Below, piece by piece: positions 59,201 to 62,200 of a stretch of DNA of 64,000 nt. The notes under the pieces are model-generated. The model was not told the DNA's origin and searched no databases. It saw only the letters and a list, made by a program, of their open reading frames with translations. Source of the DNA: Alphaproteobacteria bacterium (GTDB taxonomy: Bacteria; Pseudomonadota; Alphaproteobacteria; MPNO01; UBA830); NCBI GenBank assembly GCA_965243135.1, contig OZ251539.1, positions 160,001 to 224,000 on the forward strand, in the 5' to 3' direction. Position numbers and translations under genes: made by a program. Position 1 is the first letter of the stretch; each line of letters starts with the position of its first letter.

Positions 59201-62200
59201 CGCGGGTGCGGACGTCGGAGGACGGCAGCGCGGCCACGGTGGACGTGACGCTGGCCAGCGAGCCGACGGGGGACGTGAGGATAAACGTGGCGAGTTCGGA
59301 CACCGGCGAGGGCGCGGCGTCGCCATCGTCGCTGACCTTCACCTCGACCAACTGGAACATGGCGCAGACAGTGACGCTGACCGGGGTGGACGACAACCCC
59401 GACGCGGCCGACGGCAGCCAGAACTACCAGGCGACGCTGACGGTGGACACGGCCAACACGGCGGATGCCTACTACGACGCGCTTTCCGCCGTGACCATCT
59501 ACGCCGTCAACGCGGACGACGAGTTGGGCCTGGACGTGGGCGCGGTGATGGGCCAGGCGACGGAGGCGGGCGGCGCGGCGACCTTCACCGTGAAGCTGGT
59601 GACGGATCCCGCCTTGGCCACGGCTCCTTCGCAGTCGGTGACGGTGTCGGTCTCCAGCCGGGATACCGGCGAGGGTACCGTGTCGCCGCCGTCGCTGACC
59701 TTCACGGCGGGCAGTTCGGGAACCTGGAACGTCAACCAGACGGTGACGGTGACCGGCGCGGACGACGCCGTCGACGACGGCACGGTGACCTGGGACGTGC
59801 GGCTGGACGCGTCGAGCACCGCCGGCTCCGACTACCACAACGTCCCGGACGTGGACGTGGCGGTGACCACCACCGACGACGACGGCCCGCCGACGGTGAC
59901 GCTGTCGCTGTCGCCTTCGAGCATCGACGAGAGCGGGACGGCCAATACGGCCGCGGTGCGGGCGACGCTCTCGCGCGCCTCGGGCGCGGCGACGACGGTG
60001 ACGGTGACGGCGGTTCCGGGCTTCTACGCGGTGGGTTCGGACGCGACCATCGTGATTGCCGCCGGGGATACGGCGGCGGCCTCCGACACGGCGGCGGTCG
60101 CGGCCGTCGACAACGACATCGACGAGCCGAACCGGACGGCGACGGTGACGGCGACGGTGGCGAACGACAGGGCCGCCGCCGATTCCACGACCATGGCCGT
60201 CACCGGCGCGACGCTGGCGATCAGGGACGACGACGCGGCGCCGAACGTCACGCTGTCGCTGAACCCGGCGTCGATCGCCGAGAACGGCGGGACATCGGCG
60301 GTGAGCGCGACGCTCTCGCGGGCGTCGAGCGCGGCGACGACGGTGACGGTGACGGCGGTTCCGGGCTTCTACACGGCGGGTTCGGACGCGACCGTCGTGA
60401 TTGCCGCCGGGGATACGACGGCGGCCTCCGACACGGCGGCGATCGCGGCGGTGGACAACGACATCGACGAGCCGAACCGGACGGCGACGGTGACGGCGAC
60501 AGCGGGCAACAGCCAGGGCGCGGGCAGCGTGACCGGGGCCACGTTGACCTTGACCGACGACGAGACGCTGCCGACGGCGACGCTGGTTCTGAACCCGGCG
60601 TCGATTTCGGAGGCCGGCGGGGTGGCGACGGTTACGGCGACGCTGGACGGCAAATCGAGCGCGGCGGTGACGTTGACGGTGGCCGCGGCGGCGGGGACCG
60701 GCGCGGTTTCGGGGGATTTCTCGCAAAGCGGCGCGACGCTCACCATCGCGGCCGGTTCGACCGCCAGCGCGGGCAGGGTGACGGTCCGGGCCAACGACAA
60801 CAGCGCGGCCACGGGCAGCAAGCAGGTGACGGTTTCGGGGACGGCCGCGGGCGGCAACGGGGTAGCGAACCCGACGGCGGCGACGCTAACCCTGACCGAC
60901 GACGACACGCCGCAGGTGACGCTGGCGCTGTCGTCGTCTTCGGTTTCGGAGAACGGCGGCGTCGCGACGGTGACGGCGACGCTGGACCGGACGTCCGCCG
61001 TGGCGGTGACGGTGACGGTTGCGGCTTCGCCCGGCTCGGGGACGGACTTCACGCTGAGTTCGGCGAAGACGCTGACCTTCGCGGCCAACGCCACCGCCAG
61101 CGCCGGCGTGGTGACGATCACGGCGAGCGACAACGACACGGATGCGCCGGACAAGACGGTGACGGTATCCGGCACGTCGTCCGACAGCCTGGGCCTCGCC
61201 AACGACCCGCCTTCGGCGATGCTGACGATCACCGACGACGACGCGGCGCCGGGGGTGACGCTCTCCCTGTCGGACGCCTCGATCGCCGAGAACGGCGGGA
61301 CGTCGGCGGTGTCGGCGACGCTCTCCCACCCGTCGAGCGCGGCGACGACGATCACGGTGACAGCTGTCTCCGGCTTCTACACGGCGGGTTCGGACGCGAC
61401 CATCGTGTTCGCGGCCGGGGACACGACGAATGCCACCGACACGGCGACGATCGCGGCGGTGGACAACGCGACCGACGAGCCGAACCGGATGGTGACGGTG
61501 ACCGGCGCGATGACCAACGACCAGGGCGCGGGCAACGTCGCCGGCGTGACGCTGACCCTGGAGGACGACGACGCGACGCCGGTGACGACGCTGCGTCTGT
61601 CGTCGTCGTCGATTTCGGAGAACGGCGGGACGACGAGGGTGACGGCGACGCTGGACCGTCCGTCGAGTCGGCCGACGACGGTCACGGTGGCGGCGGCGGC
61701 GGGGACCGGCGCAACGTCTTCGGACTTCGCGCAGAGCGGCGCGACGCTGATCGTCGCGGCGGGTTCGAGGGCGAGCGCGGGCGTGGTGACGATCACGGCG
61801 GTGGACAACGACGCCGACGCGCCGGACAAGCAGGTGACGGTTTCGGGAACGTCGGCGAACGACCACGGCAAGACGAACCCGTCGAACGTGACGCTGACGA
61901 TCTCGGACGACGAGGCGACGCCGACGGCGCGGCTGATCTTGACGCCGTCGACGATTCTGGAGAACGGCGGGGTGTCGACGGTGACGGCGGCGTTGTCGCA
62001 TCCGTCGTCCGAGGCGACGACGCTGACGGTAATGGCGGCGGCCGGCGAGAACGCGCAGACGGGCGACTTCACGCTGTCGAGCCCGACGACGCTGACCGTC
62101 GCGGCGGGTTCGATGGCGAGCGCCGGCGTGGTGACGATCACGGCGGTGGACGACAGCGATGTTTCGGGCCGCATGTCGGTGACGGTCTCGGCGACGGCGA

